DNA of 41,143 bases from a virus (lineage: Duplodnaviria; Caudoviricetes). Within the stretch, counting starts at the first letter, position 1. Each line of letters begins with the position of its first letter. Below are positions 25,480-36,094 of this stretch, one piece after another. Under the pieces are notes generated by a model. The model searched no databases, had not been told where the DNA came from, and saw only the letters and a list, made by a program, of their open reading frames with translations. The stretch is from the IMG/VR virus record IMGVR_UViG_3300046779_000331, positions 1 through 41,143 of that record. One strand, written 5' to 3'. Both the position numbers and the translations under genes were made by a program.

Positions 25480-28400
25480 TGGCTCGCATCATAAAACCAA
25501 TTGTTGGTGAACTTAGTCCTAATGTTTATAACGCTGCTAAGAACGCTGCGCTGTCCCCACAGGAACAGCAGTACATGGAGCAGTTTGCTTATACAGTAAA
25601 GAACGCTAAGCGTCTTCGTAACATGGATGTTAAGTCTGCCAAAAAAGAATTTCAGGGTTTAACCGAAGATGCACAAAATGCAATTCGCACAATGTATCCA
25701 AATGCAGAGTTTGTAAAAGAAGACCCAAGCATTACAGATAGACTAATTGGTGCTGGAGTAAAAGTTGCCAAGTTTCTTGGTTCACCGATTATTGAAACAT
25801 ATAATGCTGCAGCAGGATATGGCAAAGCCCTTAACACTCCATATAGCGCATTTCGTCAAATTCAACAGGGTGCTAGCCCTGCCTTATCTTTTGATATAAA
25901 TAAACCATTTAAGAATCCATTTTCTGGAACTGTGTGGTCACAGGCATACAACGGAAAAGAACTTTACGATAAAGGTGCGGTTTCCCGATTAGAGGAAAAG
26001 CATGGAAGTGAAGTTGTATTTGTAGCAAAAGGATTACTTGCTGGTAAAACTCCTGGAGAAATTGTAGAAGAGTACGGCAAAGTAGATGCCAAGATTTCAT
26101 CTGCAATCGTAAGTGCATTTGATGAACCAGATAAGTTTAAAGAAATTCTTTCTGACGTTAAGTATGCACAGACGTCACCTGGTAGAGATTTGACTCGTTC
26201 TGCTCTTGAGGCAAAGCCTACATCTGGTGGCGGTATTCTGAGCAAAATTATTTTTGGTGAAAAACCAGACCCTAAGACTGTTGCTTCATGGCAAAAAATT
26301 ACCAAGCGTTCAACTGGTCTTATTGATGCAATGTATCAGATTATTATTGACCCACTAACTTATGTTACTGGTGGCACAAGCAAGATTGCAACTAAAGGTG
26401 GACGAATCGCAGAGGGAATTGCACAGCAGGCTAAGAATGGAAACTATTCTGGCGCAATTAAAGAAGCATTTTCACAGCCAGATGTTCGCAATCTATGGGA
26501 TGGAGAACTAGGTTCTCTTATTAAAGAGTTTGCCGAGGCTCCGAACACTGCAGTTAAGTCTGATGTATATCGCAGAATTGCACAAAACTATCCTGGCTTT
26601 AGCAACTTTGAAGCGGTAGATGTTTTTGCAAAAGGTAAAACTTTTGATGCTGCTTCTGCAGAAGACTTCTTTAGCAAGAACGTAGAAAATGCTACGACTC
26701 TTTTGAATAGCAGAGTTGATGGTGTTACATATATGCGTAATGGTGTTGCAACTGCTCGCAACCAACGTAGAATTTCTGGCGGTATGGCAACAACCGCTGA
26801 TGCGATTTTTAATCCAAGTGCTGCAAACAAAAGTGTTTCTGACAAACTTGATGAACTGCAGCGCAAGGGCATGGATAAAGTAGCAATACTAAAAACCGTT
26901 GGTGAAGACATTGACCAAGGCATCAACGTAGAAGGTATTAAAAACTTTACGGATATAGATAAAGACATTCTAAAAGCACGCCGTCTTGCCGAAGTTGTTG
27001 GTCGCTTAATGTCTCGAAGCCCATCAGGTGGTCGTATCCTTATTGGTGATGATGCAATCAAGACTGCTGAAAACTTCCGTCTTGTTGCCCGTCAGGTTTT
27101 TACTAGAGACATTGCTGACTTTGTTACATTTGAATTTCTTAACTCAAAGATGGATGAGCAGGTTGTTATCCTACGCAATCTTTATGCATCTGTTATGTAC
27201 CGATATGGTCTAGGTGGTACGCCAGAAGGCAACCAACTTATACAGGAAGTAATTAACAGAACATTTAATAATCGCGCTGGTATGACTACAACTTCCAGAA
27301 CTGAAGTTCCAAAAGATTTTACTTCTGAGATTAGCGAGCATGCCCTTAAGTTAGAAAATGATGTCCCATTGCTTTCTGCTCGTGGCATTGTTCAACCATC
27401 ACAGATTGCAAATGCTATTGGCTCACTACCATATGAAAAGATTATGGAAGTTGCAGCAGTAACTAGACGTAAGAATTCTATTCCAGCACTATTTGACGGC
27501 GCTACAAGAAACAGATATGTCAATGAGTTCGTAAACTTCTGGACAATCTTAACACTATTTCCACGCCTAGGTGTTCGTTCAGCAATTGACGAAACATTTA
27601 TGTATGCGCTTAGCGCACCAACGCGTGACCTATTAAACTTTGCTAGACCTTCTATCAAAAAAGAAGGCGCAGTTCTTACTGCTCTTACTGGTTCAAAGGC
27701 TGCTGTTGGTCCAATCAAGCGTGCTATTAACGTTGCATTCCGTAAAGGTGGAGCAGAAGGAAAACTATCTATTGAAGATAGAATCCGTATCCCACAAGAG
27801 ATTGCTGAAAAACTAGATATACCAGTTGAAGAAGTAACTCACGTTATGATTCGCGAAGAGACAGCAAATCGTGTCTTTGCTATGTTTGGTGTAGATGAAA
27901 GCATGGGCAACTTTAAGTATATTAAAGAAGCCTTTGTTTATCACCCAGATGTGTTGAACTCTATGGCTTCATCTGTCGCAGCCCGTACATCTTTGGGTGG
28001 ACGTTTTGACAAAGAGATTATTGATGCTGTCTTTACCCCAAGCACGCTCTCTCAGGCTTTGAATGATGCCTCACTAAAGGTGGGTCGCAAGTTCCGCGCT
28101 ATGTCAACAGAGCAATTGCGTCGTGCAAATGACAAGTGGCTAACACTTGCACACTTTGACACATGGTATCGTCAGTTTGTACCTAACACAAAGTCCCTTG
28201 GGGACGGTGTAGTGGTAGACCCAATCAATGCATTCTTCCGAAACAACGGATTGAAGACATCAAAAGACTTTGCAGTTGCTAGAACTGAAATGCTTGAGGC
28301 TTTAGGCGTAGTATACGACTACACAACACGTCAGTTTATTGTAAAGCGACCAGACATAGTTAATAAATTCTTAAACCAGTTTGGTGATTCTCTTTACTTT

Positions 28401-30644
28401 AGCCAGCGTGGTATACAAAAAGCAGAAATTGCACGCATTCACGTAGAAACAATGCTACTTGATATGCGCAATACATTCCATGGTGGACCAAATTCATTCA
28501 ATGATGCACTTTGGGACTTAATGGTTGGTCGTCATAATGCTTTAGTAGCCCGTGAAATGGAAACTGGACGCAAGATTCCTGGCAAGTGGGCTAGAGTTGC
28601 CGACAATATTAAGTTTGAAGAGTTTGAAAAGGCTACAGTTGGCAAGCAACCTAGCGGAGAAATCAATACTGCTATTGAATTTCCAGAGTTGCTACCTAAA
28701 GCAGAGTTAGAATCTGCTTGGGCTAAACTTGGCAATGGTTTAATGGAGCAAATGGACCGTCAAGTTACTGGTTTGTTCCGTCAACCAGCAGTTATATCTA
28801 CATATACACGCCTTCGTGAAGGATATTCTGGTCTTCAGGATGAATTTGCTAGCATGGCATACAAGCAACTAAAGTCTGAACGTCCTAATATGAAGGATGA
28901 GTTGCTTCGTGAGATGGCAGACGATATGGCGCGTAAGCGTTATACCGAAATTGCTATGTCAGAGGCTACAGATTCTGTTTTGAAGTATGTAGATAACCCT
29001 GCTATTCGTTCCAACTTTGCTTTATCCACAAGAACAGTAGCCCGTTTCTACAGAGCAACAGAAGACTTCTGGAGACGCTACTATCGCTTGCTTCGTGACA
29101 AGCCACTGCAGGTTATCTATCGTATGCGTCTAGTGCATCAGGGATTATCTGCACGTGGTGAGATTCATTATGATGATAAAGGCGAGCCATATGTAGTATT
29201 ACCTACAGATACAATTATTAACAGTGCAGTAGAACCAGTAATGCGCAAGTTAACAAACAGCGCATTTAAAGTTCCACAGTTTAATGACATTACTCTTAAA
29301 CTACGTCTGATTAACCCATCATTTTCACCTGATGCTGGTCAGCCAAGCCTTAGTGGTCCTGTTGCTGCACTAGGTTTCTTAGGATTTAAGTCATTGCTTG
29401 GCTATATGCCAGGACCATTAAAGGCTCCAGCAACAGACTTTGCTGACACTATTGATACCTATGCACTGGGTTATCTTGGCGATAACATGACTGTTCAGCG
29501 TGCAATTATTCCTTTGTTCTTGCAGAATCTAAGAGATGTTTTGCCAAGACAGGAAATGTCACGTCAAGAAATAACAGCAGCATTCCAGGCTATTGCATAT
29601 ACACAAGCATTTGGTGGTCCTGGTTCACAGTTGCCAGATAATGCAACACCAAGAGAACGTAACGAGTACATTAAATCTATTAAGATTGCTGCTCATAATA
29701 TTGTAGCGGTTCGTGCATTCTTGGGAATGGTATCTCCAATCTCGCCTACACTACGCGAAAGCAAGGGTGTGCCAGACTATATTAAGACAACTGGTATCAC
29801 AAACCTTCGTGCAGAGTTCTATGACATTCTTGCTGGTATATCTAAGACCGAATCTGATGATGTCTTTGACCCATATGAACTAGCAGTTGCTATGTTCGTT
29901 GGTAAGAATCCACGTAAGATTATCTACACGGTATCTCGTAATGAAAAGACTACAAAGGTTCTTATTCAAAAGACCGAGCAGATGAAGCGTTGGTCTTCAT
30001 ACAACAAGTCTTTCATTGATACATATGGTGAGTCTGCATTTATATTTGGACCACAAGTTGGTGACTATACTGCAGATGCATATACATGGCTTGAGGCACA
30101 GGAACTTATTAAGTCTCCTACTCTAGAAAAGTATCTAGATAATGTTCAGGTTGCTAGGGCTAAGGCTGCATACTTTGATATTGAGCGCGAAGAACGCGCA
30201 GCATTGGCAACAGAAGCCAGCATACCAGCCCGTAAAACAATTATTGAACAGGCTACATTGCGTAGGCAGGCACTAAAAGATGGAAACCCATTGCTTCGCT
30301 CAGCCCTAGAAACTGGTGGCTTTGAAGTAGCAACTGAAGAAAATCTTCTATCATCTATTGAGCAGGCTATTGCAGACAAGTCAACACCAATTAATGCTGA
30401 ACTCAGAAGAAAAATGTCTATATCAACCAAGTTGATTAGAGAGTTTATTACCTTCTCTAAAGACCCAGAGATGAAACTAATCTGGAACTTTACAGATGCA
30501 AAGCGTGATAAGCGTGCAGCAATTGAAGCAACATTAGAAGATTTAATTAAATCTGACCCATCTATTAGAGAGGCTAACCGAGCAGTGTTCGCACCGATTC
30601 TTGGATTCTACTCTCGCGATACCTATTCAGTTGGAGGCAACTAA
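25479..30644 (+). CDS. Large putative internal virion / DNA-ejection protein
   Basis: 1721 aa, largely helical, in structural operon; no tape-measure periodicity or enzyme motif recognised. Confidence 0.6.
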   Translation: MARIIKPIVGELSPNVYNAAKNAALSPQEQQYMEQFAYTVKNAKRLRNMDVKSAKKEFQGLTEDAQNAIRTMYPNAEFVKEDPSITDRLIGAGVKVAKFLGSPIIETYNAAAGYGKALNTPYSAFRQIQQGASPALSFDINKPFKNPFSGTVWSQAYNGKELYDKGAVSRLEEKHGSEVVFVAKGLLAGKTPGEIVEEYGKVDAKISSAIVSAFDEPDKFKEILSDVKYAQTSPGRDLTRSALEAKPTSGGGILSKIIFGEKPDPKTVASWQKITKRSTGLIDAMYQIIIDPLTYVTGGTSKIATKGGRIAEGIAQQAKNGNYSGAIKEAFSQPDVRNLWDGELGSLIKEFAEAPNTAVKSDVYRRIAQNYPGFSNFEAVDVFAKGKTFDAASAEDFFSKNVENATTLLNSRVDGVTYMRNGVATARNQRRISGGMATTADAIFNPSAANKSVSDKLDELQRKGMDKVAILKTVGEDIDQGINVEGIKNFTDIDKDILKARRLAEVVGRLMSRSPSGGRILIGDDAIKTAENFRLVARQVFTRDIADFVTFEFLNSKMDEQVVILRNLYASVMYRYGLGGTPEGNQLIQEVINRTFNNRAGMTTTSRTEVPKDFTSEISEHALKLENDVPLLSARGIVQPSQIANAIGSLPYEKIMEVAAVTRRKNSIPALFDGATRNRYVNEFVNFWTILTLFPRLGVRSAIDETFMYALSAPTRDLLNFARPSIKKEGAVLTALTGSKAAVGPIKRAINVAFRKGGAEGKLSIEDRIRIPQEIAEKLDIPVEEVTHVMIREETANRVFAMFGVDESMGNFKYIKEAFVYHPDVLNSMASSVAARTSLGGRFDKEIIDAVFTPSTLSQALNDASLKVGRKFRAMSTEQLRRANDKWLTLAHFDTWYRQFVPNTKSLGDGVVVDPINAFFRNNGLKTSKDFAVARTEMLEALGVVYDYTTRQFIVKRPDIVNKFLNQFGDSLYFSQRGIQKAEIARIHVETMLLDMRNTFHGGPNSFNDALWDLMVGRHNALVAREMETGRKIPGKWARVADNIKFEEFEKATVGKQPSGEINTAIEFPELLPKAELESAWAKLGNGLMEQMDRQVTGLFRQPAVISTYTRLREGYSGLQDEFASMAYKQLKSERPNMKDELLREMADDMARKRYTEIAMSEATDSVLKYVDNPAIRSNFALSTRTVARFYRATEDFWRRYYRLLRDKPLQVIYRMRLVHQGLSARGEIHYDDKGEPYVVLPTDTIINSAVEPVMRKLTNSAFKVPQFNDITLKLRLINPSFSPDAGQPSLSGPVAALGFLGFKSLLGYMPGPLKAPATDFADTIDTYALGYLGDNMTVQRAIIPLFLQNLRDVLPRQEMSRQEITAAFQAIAYTQAFGGPGSQLPDNATPRERNEYIKSIKIAAHNIVAVRAFLGMVSPISPTLRESKGVPDYIKTTGITNLRAEFYDILAGISKTESDDVFDPYELAVAMFVGKNPRKIIYTVSRNEKTTKVLIQKTEQMKRWSSYNKSFIDTYGESAFIFGPQVGDYTADAYTWLEAQELIKSPTLEKYLDNVQVARAKAAYFDIEREERAALATEASIPARKTIIEQATLRRQALKDGNPLLRSALETGGFEVATEENLLSSIEQAIADKSTPINAELRRKMSISTKLIREFITFSKDPEMKLIWNFTDAKRDKRAAIEATLEDLIKSDPSIREANRAVFAPILGFYSRDTYSVGGN

Positions 30645-31864
30645 TGGCAGGTAAGTTAGACCCCAAAAAGGTAAATGTTTTAACACCAGAAGCACAGACC
30701 AAAAAAGATATGGAAGAAGATTTTGGTCCTAATGGTAAGTACAAAGTAACTCAGGCTGGCAATACTTGGATTCTGAATAGTTCTGAAGGTGAGCGATTCC
30801 TTTTTATTGATTCAAAGGGCGACTATCGGGTTTATGATGCAGACCAAGTTCGTGCTGCATACATTAAAGACGCACAGTCTCGTGGTGGTATTGATGGTCT
30901 AAGACAGCGCCTTTACAGGGCTGGCTACATGAATGACACAGAGTTCAATACTAAAGATGCAACTGCTTTAAGTGTTGCAATTATTAGGGCTGCTCGTAAG
31001 GTATCTGTTGAAGCAGTAAGTAACTTTACAGATACAAATACACCTTTAACCACATCATTTGATTCTTGGTTGGGAAAGCAGTCATCTGGAGATAGCGGTC
31101 CAACAAGCGGAGTAAGTCTTTCTACCCGTACAGAAACAGACCAAGATATTGATGAGTTCTTTATGGAGTATATTGGTCGTAAGGCTACTCCAGAGGAAAG
31201 AACAGATTACTTTAATCGTGTTGCCAAAGAAGAAAAGGCTGCTGTTCGCAAGCGTACTGTATCTGGTTCTAAAGAAACAATTACTGGTGGATACCTAGAT
31301 GAGACAGACTACTATCGTATTCGTGCGGAAGTACTTAAGCCTGTTGTAAAGAATACTTCTATTGAAGATATTACTAAGGGTAATGGCAAGATTGCTAAAG
31401 ATGTTGCAGACCTTAAGGCATTTGCTGCTGATTATGGAATCAAGATGGATACTAAGCAGGCTCTTGATAAGGTTTACTCTGGTTTAACACCAGGAAAAAC
31501 TCTTACAACTGGCAACCTAGATTCTCAAAAGACAGCCATTAAGGAAATGTCTAAGGCATTCTATGGCAAGTTGGCTCCATTAATTGACCAAGGTGTAAAG
31601 ATTTCAGATATTGCAAATCAATTTGCATACTACAAAGGTCAGACACTAGAACTTCCAGATAATGCTGTAAGTATTTTTGATGAAGATATTCAAGAGGCTT
31701 TAAAGAATGAGGGTAAAGACGGAGTTATGACACTTACTGATTATCAGAAGTTGCTACGTACAAACCCAAAGACCAAGCAAGTTTGGCTAAAGACAAAGGG
31801 TGCTAAGGAAGAAGCGTCGGGTTATGCCTACGAAATCCTTAAGTCATTCGGATTGATGGCATAA
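30644..31864 (+). CDS. Putative internal virion protein
   Basis: 406 aa, GGAGG RBS, coupled to neighbours. Confidence 0.55.
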   Translation: MAGKLDPKKVNVLTPEAQTKKDMEEDFGPNGKYKVTQAGNTWILNSSEGERFLFIDSKGDYRVYDADQVRAAYIKDAQSRGGIDGLRQRLYRAGYMNDTEFNTKDATALSVAIIRAARKVSVEAVSNFTDTNTPLTTSFDSWLGKQSSGDSGPTSGVSLSTRTETDQDIDEFFMEYIGRKATPEERTDYFNRVAKEEKAAVRKRTVSGSKETITGGYLDETDYYRIRAEVLKPVVKNTSIEDITKGNGKIAKDVADLKAFAADYGIKMDTKQALDKVYSGLTPGKTLTTGNLDSQKTAIKEMSKAFYGKLAPLIDQGVKISDIANQFAYYKGQTLELPDNAVSIFDEDIQEALKNEGKDGVMTLTDYQKLLRTNPKTKQVWLKTKGAKEEASGYAYEILKSFGLMA

Positions 31865-33237
31865 TGGCTAGATTACCAATGGATGATTCAGACGCTAGAA
31901 TGTCTTCTAGGTCTAGAACAACAACACCTGTAACTTCATATAACCCTTTATCTGGAATGGTTGCTCAGCAATCACAGCCAACGGTTTCATACAATCCTTT
32001 AACTGGATTGACTGTACAGCCAAACCAGCCAAATGTTCCTTATAATCCTTTGACTGGAAAAATAGATACTCCTCCTACTCCAGATACAAAAAAGACTGAT
32101 GATACAAAAAAGACTGATACTTCTATACCAGCAATGAACAATAGAAGTCAAGAACCACGTCCACCTCAAAAGGGTTATAAGTGGATTTGGGTTTCTATGG
32201 CTAAGGTCAATAATCCATATGGTGGGGAATGGCGAGAAGTATGGGCTGGCGGTGTCCAAGACGATGCTGGCGATAGTGGTACTGGTGGAGACAAAGATGG
32301 CGTAACACTTATTAGTACTGAAACAGATGAGTATGGAAACGTAATTGGTTTCTATTCAGATGGTACAACTAAGATTCTTGTTAAGTCTGGTCGTACAACA
32401 AAAACAACCGTAGATGAAGATGCGTATTCTCTTCTTGAACAAACATTTAAAGACTATGGTCTAGAAGAACTTGTGCCAGTAATCAAAGGCTACATGGATA
32501 GAAACCTTGGTGCTAATCAGGCTGCACTTGAACTACGTAAAGAACCAGCGTATCAACGCCGATTTAAGGGTAATGAAATCCGTCGTGCTACAGGACTAAA
32601 TGTTCTTTCTGAGGCTGAGTATCTAGCACTTGAAGATTCATACTCACAAACTCTTCGTGCATATGGTTTGCAGAATTATTTTGGAGCAGATGCCGTCTCT
32701 AAGCAAAAGGCTATGAGCGATATTATTGGTAATGATATATCTGCAACTGAATTTAAAGATAGAATTGATACTGTAGTTACTAGAGTTCAGAACTCTGACC
32801 CATCAATTAAGTCAACACTACGTTCATTCTATGATATTACGGATGAAGATATTGTTTCATATTTCTTGAATCCGAAGGATAACCTACCTAAGTTACAGGA
32901 AAAGGTTACATCTGCTGAGATTGGTGCAGCAGCAAAGGGTCAGGGTCTTGCAACTAGTATGGAAGCAGCAACTGCGCTTGCACAGTTTGGTGTTACAAAG
33001 CAGCAGGCTCAAGAAGGTTATCAGGCTGTTGGCGCTATCTTGCCTACAGCAACTAAACTCGGTGATATTTACGGAGACCAGTACACACAAGCAACTGCTG
33101 AAGAAGAAGTATTTAAGGGAACTGCATCTGCAGCGCGTAAGCGCCAGCGGTTAGCAGCACTAGAAGAAGCACAGTTTGGTGGTGCTGCAGGAAGACTACG
33201 CACTGGTAAAACAACAGGTAACCAAGGCGCATTTTAG
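31864..33237 (+). CDS. Putative internal virion protein with N-terminal repeats
   Basis: 457 aa; three YNPL(S/T)G repeats; helical C-terminal half. Confidence 0.55.
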   Translation: MARLPMDDSDARMSSRSRTTTPVTSYNPLSGMVAQQSQPTVSYNPLTGLTVQPNQPNVPYNPLTGKIDTPPTPDTKKTDDTKKTDTSIPAMNNRSQEPRPPQKGYKWIWVSMAKVNNPYGGEWREVWAGGVQDDAGDSGTGGDKDGVTLISTETDEYGNVIGFYSDGTTKILVKSGRTTKTTVDEDAYSLLEQTFKDYGLEELVPVIKGYMDRNLGANQAALELRKEPAYQRRFKGNEIRRATGLNVLSEAEYLALEDSYSQTLRAYGLQNYFGADAVSKQKAMSDIIGNDISATEFKDRIDTVVTRVQNSDPSIKSTLRSFYDITDEDIVSYFLNPKDNLPKLQEKVTSAEIGAAAKGQGLATSMEAATALAQFGVTKQQAQEGYQAVGAILPTATKLGDIYGDQYTQATAEEEVFKGTASAARKRQRLAALEEAQFGGAAGRLRTGKTTGNQGAF

Positions 33238-33240
33238 AAT

Positions 33241-33326
33241 CCCTAGACGGACCGACTAGCCCCGTCAGGCGTATAAGACTAGGAGTAGAAGCCAGCCCAT
33301 TTCCCCGAATGGTAACTGTGGTCTGC
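33241..33326 (+). promoter_or_regulatory. Structured leader upstream of scaffold/capsid genes
   Basis: CCT.GACGG/CCGTC AGG hairpin; GTAGA/TCTGC, CAG/CTG and CCATT/AATGG hairpin. Confidence 0.5.
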
Positions 33327-33357
33327 GAAACTAACAACAATAGAAGGGTGAGGTTGC

Positions 33358-33849
33358 ATGAGCAACAATAACAACTGGGATAATGACGACGACCTAGATA
33401 TGTACAACGAGGTCAATCAAGACGAAACGAATGGTATTAAAGACCTTCGTAGAGCCAAGAAAGCCGACGAAAAGCGTATCAAGGAACTCACAGAAAAGTT
33501 GGAAATGTTCGAACGCCAACAGCGTGAGTCTACAGTCAAGTCAGTCCTAGAATCCAAGGGAGTCAACTCCAAGGCTGCCCGTCTAATCCTTAAGGATTTA
33601 GATGAAGTCAGCGAAGATGCAGTTACAAACTGGCTTCGTGAAAATGGAGATATTGTCGGGTATACCGAACCAGAACAAACAGAGACAAAGCCAAACGTAA
33701 GCGAGTTTGCTCGCCAAGATGGTGCGACTCAGTTTGCTGCGACTCCCGACGTTTCAGATGAATATGTTGATATGTTACAAAACTATAACGGAAACTCTGA
33801 AGAAGAATTACTGTCCATAATCCAAGGCATCGCAAATAAGATGCAATAA
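33358..33849 (+). CDS. Capsid scaffolding protein
   Basis: Acidic N-terminus and coiled coil, immediately upstream of the capsid gene. Confidence 0.75.
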   Translation: MSNNNNWDNDDDLDMYNEVNQDETNGIKDLRRAKKADEKRIKELTEKLEMFERQQRESTVKSVLESKGVNSKAARLILKDLDEVSEDAVTNWLRENGDIVGYTEPEQTETKPNVSEFARQDGATQFAATPDVSDEYVDMLQNYNGNSEEELLSIIQGIANKMQ

Positions 33850-33870
33850 TCCAGAAAGAGGTATCGCCAA

Positions 33871-34872
33871 ATGGCAGATGTCTTTACTACCACAGGTAGC
33901 GGATTAGGAACTAACCTTGTAACTCTAGCATACGACAAGTTGATTGAAACCAACCTCCGTGTATTGCCAAAGTTCCGCGAGATTGCTGACAAGAAGGTCG
34001 GCTCACTCACACACAACGGTTCCTCAATCCGTTTCCAGTTCAACAACGATATTGCTGATACAACTGTAGCAGGAGCAACACTCAATGAGACTGTTGACCC
34101 AGATTCAGTTGCACTACCAGCAACATCATACATTGACATTGCACAACTTGAACTCGGACGCTCAGTGCTTCCAGTCAAGAAGATTAACCTAATGTCAATC
34201 GCTAACATTGACCCATGGGTTGCTAACGCAATCGGCTTCAACATGACAAAGACACTTGACAACGCAATCGTTGCTAAGTTGGATGCAGGCGCAAACATTG
34301 TCCGCGTATCTGGCGGAACAGGCGCAGTTTCAAACGTCTACGAAGGTGTTGGAACAGTTGCTGCTAAGACAGCAATCCAGGGTGCAGACACAATGAAGTC
34401 TGCTGCTATCCGCACTGCAGTTACCAAGATGCGTGCTGCTGGAGTTCAATACAAGTCTGCTGGAATGTTTGTTGCATACATTCACCCAGAAGTATCTGTA
34501 GACCTCCGCACAGAGACAGGTAACAACGTATGGCGTACACCACATGAGTACCAGAATGCTGCTCCACTTTACGGCGGAGAAACAGGTTCATGGGAAGGCG
34601 TTCGTTTCATCGAAACAGCAAACGCTACAAACGCACAGGCTGGAGCAGGCGCAGGCGCTGCACAGACACGTGTATACCACACCTACGTTACAGGTGCTCA
34701 GGCACTTGCCGAGGCTGTATGGAAGGAACCAGGAATGGAAGTTGGCGTTGTCCAGGACCGTTTCAACCGTTTCTCACCAGCAGGTTGGTACGGAATCATC
34801 AACTGGGCGCTTTACCGCACACCAGCATTGGTTCGTATCGAAACCGCAGCATCAGGTCGTCAGACTGTCTAA
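33871..34872 (+). CDS. Major capsid protein (HK97 fold, N4-gp56-like)
   Basis: 333 aa; YIHPEVSVDLR, GETGSWEGVRFIET, GWYG; strong codon bias; AGAGG RBS. Confidence 0.9.
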   Translation: MADVFTTTGSGLGTNLVTLAYDKLIETNLRVLPKFREIADKKVGSLTHNGSSIRFQFNNDIADTTVAGATLNETVDPDSVALPATSYIDIAQLELGRSVLPVKKINLMSIANIDPWVANAIGFNMTKTLDNAIVAKLDAGANIVRVSGGTGAVSNVYEGVGTVAAKTAIQGADTMKSAAIRTAVTKMRAAGVQYKSAGMFVAYIHPEVSVDLRTETGNNVWRTPHEYQNAAPLYGGETGSWEGVRFIETANATNAQAGAGAGAAQTRVYHTYVTGAQALAEAVWKEPGMEVGVVQDRFNRFSPAGWYGIINWALYRTPALVRIETAASGRQTV

Positions 34873-34886
34873 TCAGTAGATTGACG

Positions 34887-34915
34887 GATAGGCAGGGGCT
34901 TTGCCCCTGTCTATC
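34887..34915 (+). terminator. Hairpin after capsid gene (terminator or mRNA stabiliser)
   Basis: GATAGGCAGGGGC-TTT-GCCCCTGTCTATC; no T-tract. Confidence 0.65.
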
Positions 34916-34936
34916 AGTAAACCTATTGGAGGAACA

Positions 34937-35191
34937 ATGGCATACAGATTTACTACACCAACAATTCTAGAAGAGATGGAAAGTGACGGTCACCCATTAT
35001 TTTCTAGAATCAAAATCCCCAAGGGTATAACAGTTCTAAAGATTGATGGCGATTACTTTGAAGTTCGTTATCCATCTGCAGAAGAAGTAGCAGATGCAGA
35101 TATTGCTTACATTGGTGGCTACTCATATGAAGTAACAGCAGGGGAAAAGGCTGACTTAGAGTCAGCGGGATACACAGTGGAGACGGTATGA
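34937..35191 (+). CDS. Hypothetical virion-region protein
   Basis: GGAGG RBS before ATG 34937. Confidence 0.7.
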   Translation: MAYRFTTPTILEEMESDGHPLFSRIKIPKGITVLKIDGDYFEVRYPSAEEVADADIAYIGGYSYEVTAGEKADLESAGYTVETV

Positions 35192-35631
35192 CATATTGCA
35201 ATCATATTACAAGGGTGAAGACATGGGGTTTTACAGAAGCCCATGACTTTAAGGTGACAGAGTATGACTGCGTTTTGTGTGGCGCTATATCTCAGATTCC
35301 ATTTAATGATGAAGAAGATATTGATATTGACCATACTAACTGTGATGATGATTGCTTTGGATGCAAGGCTCGCACATTGCAACTAAATACAGGTGATGCT
35401 AACTCTCAAAAGAGTATGTCAAATAAGAAATGGGACGGTGAGTTAAATGCTTACCGCAAGGCAAGAGCACAGGGTATTCAACCTGCTGGCACTAGCATGG
35501 CACATGTTAAAGCAGCGGTTGAAGCATCTAACGTAATGGGTAAACCATTTGATGCAGACACAGCAATTACAACAGCACAATCAATTACTAAAAAATCAGT
35601 AGCATCACTTAAAGAAGTAGGAGCAATATAA
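35188..35631 (+). CDS. Hypothetical protein with Cys/His motifs
   Basis: CNH, CVLC, CFGCK; ATGA overlap. Confidence 0.7.
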   Translation: MTYCNHITRVKTWGFTEAHDFKVTEYDCVLCGAISQIPFNDEEDIDIDHTNCDDDCFGCKARTLQLNTGDANSQKSMSNKKWDGELNAYRKARAQGIQPAGTSMAHVKAAVEASNVMGKPFDADTAITTAQSITKKSVASLKEVGAI

Positions 35632-35813
35632 TGCCAATGTTCGGAGAAAAGAAGTTTCCATACACACCAGCAGGTAAGAAGGCTGCAAAGATGTATGCCA
35701 AGGCTGAAGGTCTAGAGTACAAGTCAATGGAGATGGCTTCAAAGGCTAAGAAGAAGACTGTTAAGAAGTCTGCTAAGAAGGCTGCACCTAAGAAGATGGG
35801 TAAGAAGAAGTAA
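35631..35813 (+). CDS. Lys-rich small protein
   Basis: KKFPYTPAGKKAAK..KKAAPKKMGKKK; AGGAG RBS. Confidence 0.75.
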   Translation: MPMFGEKKFPYTPAGKKAAKMYAKAEGLEYKSMEMASKAKKKTVKKSAKKAAPKKMGKKK

Positions 35814-36094
35814 TGAAAATGCAAAGAAAACCTACTTCACCAGTACGCGCTAAAAAGCGCGGCACTCCAGTTCCTATGCCTAAGATGCCAGCCAAGGGAC
35901 CAGTTGCAAGAATGACTCAACAGGCTATGGGTAAGCCAAAGACTGCTAAGAAAACTGCTACTCCAAAACCAAAGGCTACACCTAAGCCAAAGATTACACG
36001 CAAGCCAATTACAGAACGTCAACTACTTGATGTAGCAAACATGACACCTGCAGAAAAAGCAGCATACCTAGAGCGTGGAAAGCGTGGCTACTAA
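35813..36094 (+). CDS. Lys/Pro-rich small protein
   Basis: ATPKPK repeated twice; TAATG coupling. Confidence 0.7.
   Translation: MKMQRKPTSPVRAKKRGTPVPMPKMPAKGPVARMTQQAMGKPKTAKKTATPKPKATPKPKITRKPITERQLLDVANMTPAEKAAYLERGKRGY

Noticed and set aside
25479-30644. Tape measure protein or virion RNA polymerase
   Set aside because: No tape-measure periodicity, tail tube or chaperone genes, and no polymerase motifs recognised by eye.
33290-33335. HDV-like ribozyme suggested by UCCCCG loop and GCGAA
   Set aside because: No complementary P1 or P2 strands found in the required positions.
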